In this document: positions 27,310-36,338 of the stretch, in pieces
Layout of the letters: each line of letters starts with the position of its first letter
Position numbering within the stretch: the stretch's first letter is position 1
Assembly: GCA_021772515.1 (NCBI GenBank)
Contig: JAJFLU010000045.1
Location: forward strand, 197,684 to 261,683
Length of the DNA: 64,000 nt
Direction: 5' to 3'
DNA from: Opitutales bacterium
GTDB taxonomy: Bacteria; Verrucomicrobiota; Verrucomicrobiia; Opitutales; UBA2987
Notes under the pieces: generated by a model
The model's database searches: none
What the model saw: only the letters and a program-made list of their open reading frames with translations
What the model was told of the DNA's origin: nothing
Program-made: the position numbers and the translations under genes

Positions 27310-29379
27310 ATGAAAAATCACTTCATCAAGAGTTTTAAAAACCTGAAAATACTCCCAATTGTAATTATCGCAGTACTGGCATTTGGCGCCGGGTATATCC
27401 TAAAACCCGGTGGGCATTCTGCCACAATGCAGATGGGCCATAATGAGGCCGCTGCTACCGAGAAAGCGCCCGAGTTCTGGACCTGTTCCATGCATCCGCA
27501 TATCCATCAATCGGAACCGGGGAGCTGCCCTCTTTGCGGGATGGATCTGATACCGGTTTATTCCGAAAGCGAGGATGTTTTGGGGCCACGGGAGTTGAAG
27601 TTGTCTGCTGCGGCGCAAAAACTGGCTGCTGTGGAAGTGGCTCCGGTCGAGCGCAAGTTCGTGGAAAACGAAATCCGCATGGTCGGAAAGGTGGAGTATA
27701 GTGAGACAAGATTGTCCTATATCACGGCATGGGTTCCGGGTAGATTGGATCGCCTCTATGTAGACTACACGGGAATCGCTGTAAATAAGGGCGATCATTT
27801 GGCCTATCTCTATAGCCCCGAATTATTGGCGGCCCAAGAGGAACTGATTCAAGCTCTTGCCACCGTTAAAAACCTCGAAAACAGCGATATCACCATGATT
27901 AAGGATCGCGCGTTCGAAACGGTGGAAACCATTCGCGAGAAACTCAGATTGTGGGGCCTGTCGCCGGAGCAAATTCAGGATATTGAGCAAAATGAAAAAC
28001 CGGAGGATCATTTGACCATTTACGCCCCGGTCAGCGGAATCGTCATCCACAAAAACGCCCTCGAAGGCATGTATGTCGATTTCGGCACGCAGATATACAC
28101 AATCGCCGATCTGAGCGAAGTTTGGGTGAAACTGGATGCCTACGAATCCGATCTGTCATGGATACGCTACGGGCAGGAGGTCGAATTCGAGACCGAGGCC
28201 TATCCGGGAGAGCCGTTTCACGGCACCATCGCCTTTATCGATCCCGTTTTAAGCGAAAAAACCCGCACTGTAAAAGTCCGCGTCAATGTGCAAAATCAGG
28301 ACGGGCGGCTGAAACCCGGGATGTTCACACGGGCCATTGTGCGGTCGAAAACGACCTCATCGGGCAAAGTGGTGGACGCGAGCCTTGCCGGTAAATGGAT
28401 CGGCCCCATGCACCCGGAAATTATCAAGGCAGAACCCGGCAATTGCGAAATCTGCGGTATGCCATTGGTCAGCACCAAGTCTTTGGGGTACGAGAGCCCG
28501 CAAACGGCGGCGGAACAGGCCCCGTTGGTCATCCCCGCCTCGTCGCCACTAATCACCGGCAAACGGGCCGTGGTTTACGTGCGGCTCGATGCCGAGGAAG
28601 GACGTTTCGAGGGGCGCGAAATCGTTCTCGGGCCGCGAACCGGCGATTATTATATCGTCAGAGAAGGGCTTGAGGAGGGTGAAATGGTGGTCGTCCAGGG
28701 CAATTTCAAAATCGACAGCGCAATGCAAATCCTGGCCAAGCCAAGCATGATGAACCCAAAGGGCGGCGGCCCCACCCCAGGGCATAATCACGGTGATGGC
28801 ACGATGGCGCCACCTCCGAAAGCTCCGGTCATGGATCCCAAGGGCAGAGAACATTCCGGCCACTCAAACATGGTTGAACCGATGAAAATGGAAATTCCCG
28901 TGGAGTTTCAAAGTCAACTATTTCGGTTTTACGAGTCCTACCTGAAAATACCCGAGGCTCTGGCCAATGATGATTTGGAGTCCGCCAAAAATGTCTCAAG
29001 GGAGACCATGATCGCGCTCAATGCCGTGGCCATGAAACTGCTCAAGGGACAGGCCCATATCGAGTGGATGGGACACTTGATGAAATTGAAAGAGGCGGGC
29101 GAATTATTCGAGCGAGGCGACATCGAGAGCGTTCGCAAGGGGTTGGTCGAGTTTTCCGCCCAACTTCCTGAAACCGTGAAGCAGTTTGGTGCAGGTGGAC
29201 TTGAAAACCTTTTTGTGTTGCGTTGCCCGATGGCCGAAAATGGCAAGGGCGCCATCTGGTTGCAGACGACCGAGCAAACCCGAAATCCTTTTTTTGGCAG
29301 CAAAATGCTAACCTGCGGTAGTGTAATCGAGACCTTGGTCGACGATTCGCAGGGAAACGGGGGAAATCCCATTGAATAG
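27310..29379 (+). CDS. cusB: Efflux RND periplasmic adaptor (CusB-like) with two heavy-metal-binding motifs, a His/Met-rich linker and a C-terminal DUF3347-like domain
   Basis: 'FWTCSMHPHIHQSEPGSCPLCGMDLIP' (27475-27555); HlyD/CusB core 'VAPVERKF...GRLDRLYVDYTGIAVNKGDHLAYLYSPELLAAQEE'; second motif 'WIGPMHPEIIKAEPGNCEICGMPLV' (28391-28470); 'GHNHGDGTM...EHSGHSNMVEPMKM' (28741-28893); C-terminus 'CPMAENGKGAIWLQ...NPFFGSKMLTCG'. Confidence 0.9.
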   Translation: MKNHFIKSFKNLKILPIVIIAVLAFGAGYILKPGGHSATMQMGHNEAAATEKAPEFWTCSMHPHIHQSEPGSCPLCGMDLIPVYSESEDVLGPRELKLSAAAQKLAAVEVAPVERKFVENEIRMVGKVEYSETRLSYITAWVPGRLDRLYVDYTGIAVNKGDHLAYLYSPELLAAQEELIQALATVKNLENSDITMIKDRAFETVETIREKLRLWGLSPEQIQDIEQNEKPEDHLTIYAPVSGIVIHKNALEGMYVDFGTQIYTIADLSEVWVKLDAYESDLSWIRYGQEVEFETEAYPGEPFHGTIAFIDPVLSEKTRTVKVRVNVQNQDGRLKPGMFTRAIVRSKTTSSGKVVDASLAGKWIGPMHPEIIKAEPGNCEICGMPLVSTKSLGYESPQTAAEQAPLVIPASSPLITGKRAVVYVRLDAEEGRFEGREIVLGPRTGDYYIVREGLEEGEMVVVQGNFKIDSAMQILAKPSMMNPKGGGPTPGHNHGDGTMAPPPKAPVMDPKGREHSGHSNMVEPMKMEIPVEFQSQLFRFYESYLKIPEALANDDLESAKNVSRETMIALNAVAMKLLKGQAHIEWMGHLMKLKEAGELFERGDIESVRKGLVEFSAQLPETVKQFGAGGLENLFVLRCPMAENGKGAIWLQTTEQTRNPFFGSKMLTCGSVIETLVDDSQGNGGNPIE

Positions 29380-29425
29380 CAAAAATAGCGAACACTCCTC
29401 CGGTGAGGGACACGGGCGAATCGCG

Positions 29426-32400
29426 ATGATCGACTGGCTCATAAAACTTTGCCTCCATAACAAAGTCATTGTTGCCCTCCTGGTCTTGGTGGGAGCGTCG
29501 TGGGGAGTCATGGTGGCCCCTTTCGATTGGGAAATTGCCGGAATTCCCCGCGATCCGATTCCGGTGGATGCCATTCCCGATATCGGTGAAAACCAGCAGA
29601 TAGTCTTTACCGAGTGGATGGGCCGCTCGCCGCAAGATGTGGAAGACCAAATCGGCTATCCGTTGACCGTATCGCTACTCGGCGTGCCGGGTGTGAAAAC
29701 AATCCGCAGCTATTCATTTTTCGGATTTTCGTCCATTTATATCATCTTTGAGGAGGACATTGAGTTTTACTGGTCCCGGTCCCGCGTCCTGGAAAAATTG
29801 AACAGCCTTCCGGCGGGAACACTGCCTGTTGGAGTTCAACCGACCCTTGGGCCTGACGCGACCTCTCTGGGGCAGATATTCTGGTATACCCTTGAGGGAT
29901 TGGATGAGAAAGGCGAGCCGACCGGCGGATGGGATCTGGACGAATTACGCACCGCGCAGGATTGGTATGTACGCTACTACCTGCTTTCGGCTCCCGGAAT
30001 TAGCGAGGTGGCCTCGATCGGAGGGTTTGTCCGCGAATATCAAATCGACGTCGATCCCGATGCTATGCGCGCCCATCGGGTGAAGCTCGAAGAGGTGTTT
30101 GCGGCCGTCAAAAGTTCCAATATCGACGTCGGCGCCCGCAGCATCGAAGTCAATAATGTCGAATATTTCATTCGCGGTCTGGGATTTATTGAGAATGTCA
30201 GGGATGTCGAATTGAGCGTGATCAAGGTCAATGAAAACATACCCATTTACGTTAAGGATGTCGCCAAAGTCTCTCTCGGTCCGGCCCTGCGGCGCGGGGC
30301 GTTGGACAAGGAGGGCTCCGAGGCTGTGGGTGGCGTGGTTGTGGTCCGCTACGGCGAAAACCCGCTCGCTGCCATCAAGAACGTCAAAAAGCAAATCGAG
30401 GTCATCGCCCCCGGTTTGCCGGAAAAAGCGATCATTGATTTCTCAAAAGCAACTCCACGGGAAATAAAACTTTTTGCGGCCTCACAGGGATTCGACGCCT
30501 ATCAAGGGAGTGAGCTCAATCAGGAGAGTTGGATTGAGTGGCTGAAACAAACTTCGCTCGAAGACCGCCCCGATTGGGTTAAATTCAGCAAGATAAGAGT
30601 GGTGCCTTTTTATGACCGAACGGGTCTGATTTACGAAACACTGGGAACGCTGAATAATGCCCTGAGCGATGAAATAATGGTCACGCTGATCGTGGTTCTC
30701 CTCAGTGTGATGCACTTTGGCAGTTCGATGCTGATATCGGTGGTGCTTCCTCTGGCCGTTTTGCTCTGTTTTGTGGCCATGAAGCAATTTGGCGTCGATG
30801 CCAATGTGGTCGCTTTGTCGGGCATCGCCATCGCAATTGGTACGATGGTCGATATGGGCATCGTCATCTGTGAAAATATACTCCGTCATCTGGATGAATG
30901 GCATAAAGAGAAAAAGGCCAATGGCAGTCAGGAAAATCGGTCCTCTCTTCAGGTTATCTACGAAGCATCGACCGAAGTTGGGGGTGCAGTCGTCACGGCG
31001 GTTGCAACGACTCTGGTGGGTTTTCTCCCCGTCTTTGCCATGGTGGGGGCCGAGGGTAAATTATTCAAACCTCTGGCATTCACAAAAAGCTTTGCCCTTC
31101 TGGCATCGGTGATCTTGGCCCTGACATTGATTCCGGTTCTGGCCCAACTGTTTTTCGTTCCCGGCGGTGGTTCTGCGAAAACCAAAAAATATCTCAATGG
31201 CGGCATCGTTTTGGCCGGTATCGTGATTGCGTTTCTATTTCAGTGGTGGATGGGGGTCATAGTTTCCGCTATTGGAATTTATCAGTTTTTTAAAGGGCGA
31301 ATTCCGAAAATTTTCATTAAAACAAGTTCGCAAATCGTCATTTGGAGTGCTTCAGCGGTAGTAATTTATTTCCTGACGGAGCATTGGATGCCATTGGGAC
31401 CGCAAAAGGGCATGTTTCAGAATACAATTTTCGTTACGGTTCTCATTGGCGGTCTGCTCGGATTTTTTAATATCTTTCGTGTGTTTTATCCCCGTTTACT
31501 CGGATGGTGTCTCAAACACAAGTTCGCTCTAATCTGCGCTCCAGTTTTACTGACCTTGGCCGGTGGTTTGGTTTGGATGGGATTCGACAACTTCCTCGGC
31601 TGGTTGCCGGATCGGGTGAAGAATTCAGCAATCGCGTCCTCAATGTCCGAACGTTTCCCGGGCTTGGGCAAAGAATTCATGCCGCCGCTGGACGAAGGTT
31701 CCTATCTCTTCATGCCGACAACGATGCCCCATGCCTCCATTGGTGAGGCCATGGATGTTTTGCAAAAACAGGATCTGGCCATTCGTTCGATTCCCGAAAT
31801 CGACTCCGTGGTGGGAAAACTTGGGCGGGTGGAAAGCCCCCTCGATCCCGCCCCCATTTCGATGTTTGAAACAACCATTAATTACAAGCCGGAGTATCTT
31901 GTGGACAGGGGCGGCAGCCGGGTGCGTTTCAAACACGATCACAGATCCACCGACCTTTTTCGGGATGAATCGGGCAAACCCCTGCTGGCTGCCGATGGCA
32001 AGCCTTACCAAGTTCAGGGGAAATACCTGCGCGATGGCGGCGGAAAACTCATCCCGGACAACGGTGGAGTGCCTTTCCGGCTTTGGCGTTTACCTCTGGA
32101 TCCGCAATTAAATCCCGGACGAAAGGCCTGGACTGGCATTAAGAAACCGGGCGATATCTGGGACCAGATTGTGGTCGTAACGAAAATACCCGGCACCACA
32201 TCGGCCCCCAAGCTTCAGCCCATCGCGGCGCGGATCGTTATGCTGCAAAGCGGAATGCGGGCACCCATGGGGGTCAAGGTCAAAGGGCCGGATTTGGAAA
32301 CTATCGAGAAAGTTGGCTTGCAAATTGAAAAATTTTTGAAAGAAGTGCCACTGGTGAAATCGGAGGCTGTGGTGGCCGACCGCATCGTGGCAAAGCCCTA

Positions 32401-33445
32401 CCTTGAAATCAAAATCGACCGCGAGGCCATCGCCCGATACGGGGTGCCTATTCGGCGGGTGCAGGACGTGATCGAGGTGGCCATTGGTGGAAAACCGTTA
32501 ACCACCACAGTCGAAGGCCGCGAGCGCTACCCGGTCAGGGTGCGCTATCTCCGCGAGCTTCGGGACCAGATCGAATCGCTTGACCGCATACTCGTTTCGT
32601 CACCAAGCGGGGCGCAAATTCCACTAACTCAAATGGCGGAGATTCGCTATTTGTCGGGACCACAGGTCATCAAAAGCGAGGATACATTTCTGATTGGTTA
32701 CGTGGTTTTTGACATGGAGGAAGGTTTTGCGGAGGTGAATGTCGTTGAAGCGGCACAGGCCTATCTCAAGGAAAAAATTGCGAGCGGTGAGTTCATCGTG
32801 CCAGCGGGGGTCAGTTATACCTTTGCGGGAAGCTATGAAAACCAGCTCAGAGCCTCGAAGAAATTGCAGGTGGTGGTGCCGGTGGCCCTGTTTGTGATTT
32901 TCATCATTCTCTATATGCAATTCCAGTCGTTTTTAACCACCCTGCTGGTTTTTTCGGGAATCTTTGTGGCTTGGGCGGGAGGATTTATCATGGTCTGGTT
33001 TTACGGGCAACCCTGGTTCCTGAATTTTGCTGTTTTCGGAACAGATATGCGTGAGCTATTTCAAATTCACCCCATCAATCTAAGCGTGGCGATTTGGGTG
33101 GGCTTTCTGGCATTGTTCGGAATTGCTGCTGACAACGGCGTGGTCATGGTAACATTTCTCGACCAGATATTTTCCAAACGAAAAATCCGAGGCATCGAAG
33201 ACATCCACAAGGCCACAATCGAGGGCGCAACCAAGCGAATTCGCCCCGCCCTGATGACTTCAGCCACCACCATTCTGGCCCTCATTCCAGTTCTCACTTC
33301 GACTGGCCGGGGCGCGGACATCATGGTGCCGATGGCCATCCCCTCTTTTGGGGGAATGTTTGTCGCCCTCTTAACCGTGCTCATGGTTCCTGTTATTTAC
33401 TGTCTGATCGAAGAGATTCGATTTCGTTTAAATCCTAAAAACTGA
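29426..33445 (+). CDS. cusA: CusA/CzcA-family heavy-metal efflux RND permease, enlarged (about 1339 aa)
   Basis: 'MIDWLIKLCLHNKVIV' is a typical HME N-terminus. The TM4 relay 'GIAIAIGTMVDMGIVICEN' resembles CusA rather than the CzcA 'DFGIIVDGAVV'. The C-terminus is also HME-typical: 'ATKRIRPALMTSATTILALIPV' and 'MAIPSFGGMFVALLTVLMVPVIY'. The ORF-track start at 29372 is a TTG overlapping cusB. Confidence 0.9.
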   Translation: MIDWLIKLCLHNKVIVALLVLVGASWGVMVAPFDWEIAGIPRDPIPVDAIPDIGENQQIVFTEWMGRSPQDVEDQIGYPLTVSLLGVPGVKTIRSYSFFGFSSIYIIFEEDIEFYWSRSRVLEKLNSLPAGTLPVGVQPTLGPDATSLGQIFWYTLEGLDEKGEPTGGWDLDELRTAQDWYVRYYLLSAPGISEVASIGGFVREYQIDVDPDAMRAHRVKLEEVFAAVKSSNIDVGARSIEVNNVEYFIRGLGFIENVRDVELSVIKVNENIPIYVKDVAKVSLGPALRRGALDKEGSEAVGGVVVVRYGENPLAAIKNVKKQIEVIAPGLPEKAIIDFSKATPREIKLFAASQGFDAYQGSELNQESWIEWLKQTSLEDRPDWVKFSKIRVVPFYDRTGLIYETLGTLNNALSDEIMVTLIVVLLSVMHFGSSMLISVVLPLAVLLCFVAMKQFGVDANVVALSGIAIAIGTMVDMGIVICENILRHLDEWHKEKKANGSQENRSSLQVIYEASTEVGGAVVTAVATTLVGFLPVFAMVGAEGKLFKPLAFTKSFALLASVILALTLIPVLAQLFFVPGGGSAKTKKYLNGGIVLAGIVIAFLFQWWMGVIVSAIGIYQFFKGRIPKIFIKTSSQIVIWSASAVVIYFLTEHWMPLGPQKGMFQNTIFVTVLIGGLLGFFNIFRVFYPRLLGWCLKHKFALICAPVLLTLAGGLVWMGFDNFLGWLPDRVKNSAIASSMSERFPGLGKEFMPPLDEGSYLFMPTTMPHASIGEAMDVLQKQDLAIRSIPEIDSVVGKLGRVESPLDPAPISMFETTINYKPEYLVDRGGSRVRFKHDHRSTDLFRDESGKPLLAADGKPYQVQGKYLRDGGGKLIPDNGGVPFRLWRLPLDPQLNPGRKAWTGIKKPGDIWDQIVVVTKIPGTTSAPKLQPIAARIVMLQSGMRAPMGVKVKGPDLETIEKVGLQIEKFLKEVPLVKSEAVVADRIVAKPYLEIKIDREAIARYGVPIRRVQDVIEVAIGGKPLTTTVEGRERYPVRVRYLRELRDQIESLDRILVSSPSGAQIPLTQMAEIRYLSGPQVIKSEDTFLIGYVVFDMEEGFAEVNVVEAAQAYLKEKIASGEFIVPAGVSYTFAGSYENQLRASKKLQVVVPVALFVIFIILYMQFQSFLTTLLVFSGIFVAWAGGFIMVWFYGQPWFLNFAVFGTDMRELFQIHPINLSVAIWVGFLALFGIAADNGVVMVTFLDQIFSKRKIRGIEDIHKATIEGATKRIRPALMTSATTILALIPVLTSTGRGADIMVPMAIPSFGGMFVALLTVLMVPVIYCLIEEIRFRLNPKN

Positions 33446-33453
33446 ATAATATT

Positions 33454-34008
33454 ATGAAAAAACATCCTGGAACTCGTATTAATACACTCCTTATCATCCT
33501 CGGAATGGTGATAGCCTTTCCGCTTATTGGATTCGGCCAAGACCATAAGGGACATAAAATGAAACCCATAATGGATGAAACTTCCGATGCCAAGATTCTC
33601 GGTGCCTATGCAAAAATCCAAAAAGCGCAGGCTTCGGATTCCGTCGAGGGCGTGTCTATGGTTGCAATGGAATTGGCCCATATGACCCATAAAAATCTGC
33701 CCGATGTTAGTAAAAGCGCTGAGACTCTGGCCCACACGGAAACCCTCGACGCGGCCCGTTTGGCTTTTGCGCCTTTGAGCCAATCTTTAATCGCTTCGAT
33801 TAAAGAAGGTAAAATTGATGGCAAGGGGTTCAATGAAGCCTATTGCCCGATGACTGCTGCTCCCTGGATTCAAGCTGGCGCGGACTTGAAAAACCCCTAT
33901 TACGGTTCCGCGATGCTAAATTGCGGAATGATTCGGGAAACCTACGGGGAATCAAAAATGGAAATGCCCGTCGGCGAAAATACAATGAAACAAGAGCATT
34001 CTCATTGA
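33454..34008 (+). CDS. Periplasmic DUF3347-domain protein (metal-associated)
   Basis: Signal peptide, then His/Met-rich 'DHKGHKMKPIMDE', then 'YCPMTAAPWIQAGADLKNPYYGSAMLNCG', which parallels the C-terminus of the adaptor. Confidence 0.8.
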   Translation: MKKHPGTRINTLLIILGMVIAFPLIGFGQDHKGHKMKPIMDETSDAKILGAYAKIQKAQASDSVEGVSMVAMELAHMTHKNLPDVSKSAETLAHTETLDAARLAFAPLSQSLIASIKEGKIDGKGFNEAYCPMTAAPWIQAGADLKNPYYGSAMLNCGMIRETYGESKMEMPVGENTMKQEHSH

Positions 34009-34013
34009 GCTTT

Positions 34014-35831
34014 ATGCCACTATTATCTCCTCCTCCCCGGAAAATACGATTAATTCCAGGACGGTTGGTTCTGCCCGACCGGATAGACATCGGTGTTGAC
34101 AAGGGTTTTTCAGCAACTTTGATGCCCGGCCTGGATGAATTTAAAAATGCCACCAATCAGCCGGGTAAAAGGGAGTTTTTTTCGGATAATAGCAGTTCGG
34201 CGCTCGTGCGCTTGATTAAACTTCAATCGGGCATTCCACAACAGGGATACCGATTGAAGATTCACCCCGGCGGTATCGAAATTGCCACCGGGGAAGAGGC
34301 CGGAGCCTTTTATGGGTTGCAGACCCTACGGCAAATCCTTCTGCATCATTCCGCCGCCCTGCCCTGCATGGAAATTGAAGACTGGCCTCAGTTTGCGAAC
34401 CGGGGATACATGCTCGATATCAGCCGCTGCAAGGTGCCAAAAATGGAAACATTGCGGGAACTGATCCGCCTGTTGGCATTGTTTAAAATCAATCAGCTTC
34501 AACTCTATACCGAGCATACCTTCGCATTCATCAACCATGAGGTCGTCTGGGGTGATGCCTCTCCGATAACTCCCGAAGATGTGCGTCGAATCGATGAGCA
34601 ATGTCGAAATCATTTCATTGAACTGGTTCCCAATTTGAACTCTTTCGGGCATTTCGAGCGTTGGCTCCGGCATCCCGAATACAAGCATTTGGCGGAGTGT
34701 CCCGATGGGTTTGCTCGAGCGGAGGGTGCTTTTTCTCCCTGGGGAACCACTCTGCGGCCCGATGCTGAATCGCTGCGATTTTTAAGCAAGCTCTATGAGG
34801 AATTTCTGCCCAACTTTTCCAGCCCGATGTTTAATATCGGCTGCGACGAAACCTGGGAGTTGGGCCAGGGATGGAGCAAAAGTCGGGCGGATGAAGTTGG
34901 TGTGGAAAAGGTTTATTTCGATTTTCTGCAGAAAATCTGTGATTTGGCCCGTAGAAATGGAAAACGGATTCAGTTCTGGGCCGACGGAGTTTTGCGGAGC
35001 CCTGATTTAATTGACCAATTGGGCGATGACGTTACCGGGTTGATATGGGGATATGAGGCGGATCACCCCTTTGAAAAACAATGTGAGATTTTTGCCAAAA
35101 CGAGCCGGGATTTTTATGTGGCGCCGGGAACATCGAGTTGGAACAGCATCGGCGGTCGACTGGATAATGCGCTGGCAAACCTGGCCTCAGCAGCACGAAG
35201 CGGGGCCAAGTTTGGAGCGAGCGGCTATATTATCACGGATTGGGGAGACGGTGGTCACCACCAGTCTCTCCCCGTCAGCTATGCCCCTATTGTTTTCGGG
35301 GCCAGTCAAGCCTGGAATCCGCATGAGGACACCTCCGGCGATCTTTCCAGAATATTGGACCATTTTGTGTTCCGGGATACCAATGAGGTCATGGGGAAAA
35401 TATGGGTTGGAATCGGTCAATCGGCTAGCAGGTTTCAAAAATCTACTCCTAACAAGAGCCCTCTAAATATACTATTATTCAGCGACAATAGTAATTTGGA
35501 TAAAAACCTGGAAGAAATTACATTGGAGGAACTCGCCTCTGTTTGCAGTTATCTGCTGCGTCTTGAGGCGGAAATCCCGAATGCTCAACCCACTTGTCCT
35601 GACCGCGTCGAGGTCCTGGCCGAACTTCGCCTGACCATCAACTTTTTACTCCATGCGGCACGGCGCGGAATCGCCAGATTGAGCGCAAGCACGGTCGATT
35701 TCACTCAGCGACGACGTGAAATGATCCTGCTTATCCACGAATTCGAGAGATGCTGGCTGGCCCGAAATCGCCACGGTGGGCTGCACGAAAGTTCCGACCG
35801 ATTACGGAAAGCATTGGAATATTACCTATGA
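34014..35831 (+). CDS. Glycoside hydrolase family 20 (beta-N-acetylhexosaminidase-like)
   Basis: 'GYRLKIHPGGIEIATGEEAGAFYGLQTLRQIL' (GH20b domain), 'RGYMLDISRCKVPKMETLRELIRLLALFKINQLQLYTEHTFAF' and catalytic-region 'FNIGCDETWELG'. ATG at 34014 follows the DUF3347 stop. The ORF-track start at 33843 would overlap DUF3347. Confidence 0.8.
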   Translation: MPLLSPPPRKIRLIPGRLVLPDRIDIGVDKGFSATLMPGLDEFKNATNQPGKREFFSDNSSSALVRLIKLQSGIPQQGYRLKIHPGGIEIATGEEAGAFYGLQTLRQILLHHSAALPCMEIEDWPQFANRGYMLDISRCKVPKMETLRELIRLLALFKINQLQLYTEHTFAFINHEVVWGDASPITPEDVRRIDEQCRNHFIELVPNLNSFGHFERWLRHPEYKHLAECPDGFARAEGAFSPWGTTLRPDAESLRFLSKLYEEFLPNFSSPMFNIGCDETWELGQGWSKSRADEVGVEKVYFDFLQKICDLARRNGKRIQFWADGVLRSPDLIDQLGDDVTGLIWGYEADHPFEKQCEIFAKTSRDFYVAPGTSSWNSIGGRLDNALANLASAARSGAKFGASGYIITDWGDGGHHQSLPVSYAPIVFGASQAWNPHEDTSGDLSRILDHFVFRDTNEVMGKIWVGIGQSASRFQKSTPNKSPLNILLFSDNSNLDKNLEEITLEELASVCSYLLRLEAEIPNAQPTCPDRVEVLAELRLTINFLLHAARRGIARLSASTVDFTQRRREMILLIHEFERCWLARNRHGGLHESSDRLRKALEYYL

Positions 35832-35841
35832 GATATATGCA

Positions 35842-35877
35842 CAAAAAAACCCGCGGGAAATCCCACGGGTTTTTTTG
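35842..35877. terminator. Bidirectional intrinsic terminator between GH20 and hup
   Basis: 'caaaaaaaCCCGCGGGaaatCCCACGGGttttttt': a GC-rich stem with one mismatch, an A-tract 5' and a T7 tract 3'. Confidence 0.7.
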
Positions 35878-35902
35878 GTTTTCTATTAAAGAAATTGGGT
35901 TT

Positions 35903-36178
35903 TTAGGCCATGGCTTTAAGACCGGCTCCCGCTTTAAATTTCACGGATTTGGAAGCCTTGATCTTGATTTTTTCACCTGTCTGGGGATTCACGCCTTGGC
36001 GCGCAGCCCGCTTGACCACTGAAAATGTGCCAAAACCAATTATCTGGACGTTTTTGTCTTTTTTAACTCCCTTTTTGACGCTGTCGAGGACAGCTGCAAC
36101 AGCTGCTTCAGCTGCCGCCTTGGAAGTATCACCGCCAAGATTTTTTTGTACCTGTGCGACTAATTCAGCCTTATTCAT
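35903..36178 (-). CDS. hup: HU-family nucleoid-associated DNA-binding protein
   Basis: 'MNKAELVAQVQKNLGG...VQIIGFGTFSVVKRAARQGVNPQTGEKIKIKASKSVKFKAG'. ATG at 36178 is preferred to the upstream start at 36256. Confidence 0.9.
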   Translation of the reverse strand: MNKAELVAQVQKNLGGDTSKAAAEAAVAAVLDSVKKGVKKDKNVQIIGFGTFSVVKRAARQGVNPQTGEKIKIKASKSVKFKAGAGLKAMA

Positions 36179-36338
36179 AGAGATTCCTTTTTGTGGTATG
36201 ATTTCAGTTTTGAAGCTTACGGAGTAGAAAGAATTGGGTTGGTTTATTTCCGTCAATACAAAACGAAAAATCTATCACTTTTTTTTTAAATTGGCTCCAA
36301 CTTCATGATAAACACGAGAAAACAGGGGTCTCAAAGCA

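Noticed and set aside
29042-29650. 202-aa minus-strand ORF spanning the cusB/cusA junction
   Set aside because: It is antisense to two strongly supported efflux genes and has low-complexity Arg/His-rich sequence.
33843-34013. N-terminal extensions offered by the ORF track: GH20 from 33843, ccsA from 57630, lipoprotein from 55303, aroG from 37329, hup to 36256, ygfZ to 37349, trxB to 60545, korA to 7484, cusC from 25761 and cusA from 29372
   Set aside because: Each extension overlaps the preceding gene or begins at a non-ATG codon. In each case an internal ATG gives a canonical family N-terminus (signal peptide, lipobox, MNKAEL for HU, GxGxxG for TrxB and so on) and tidy gene spacing.
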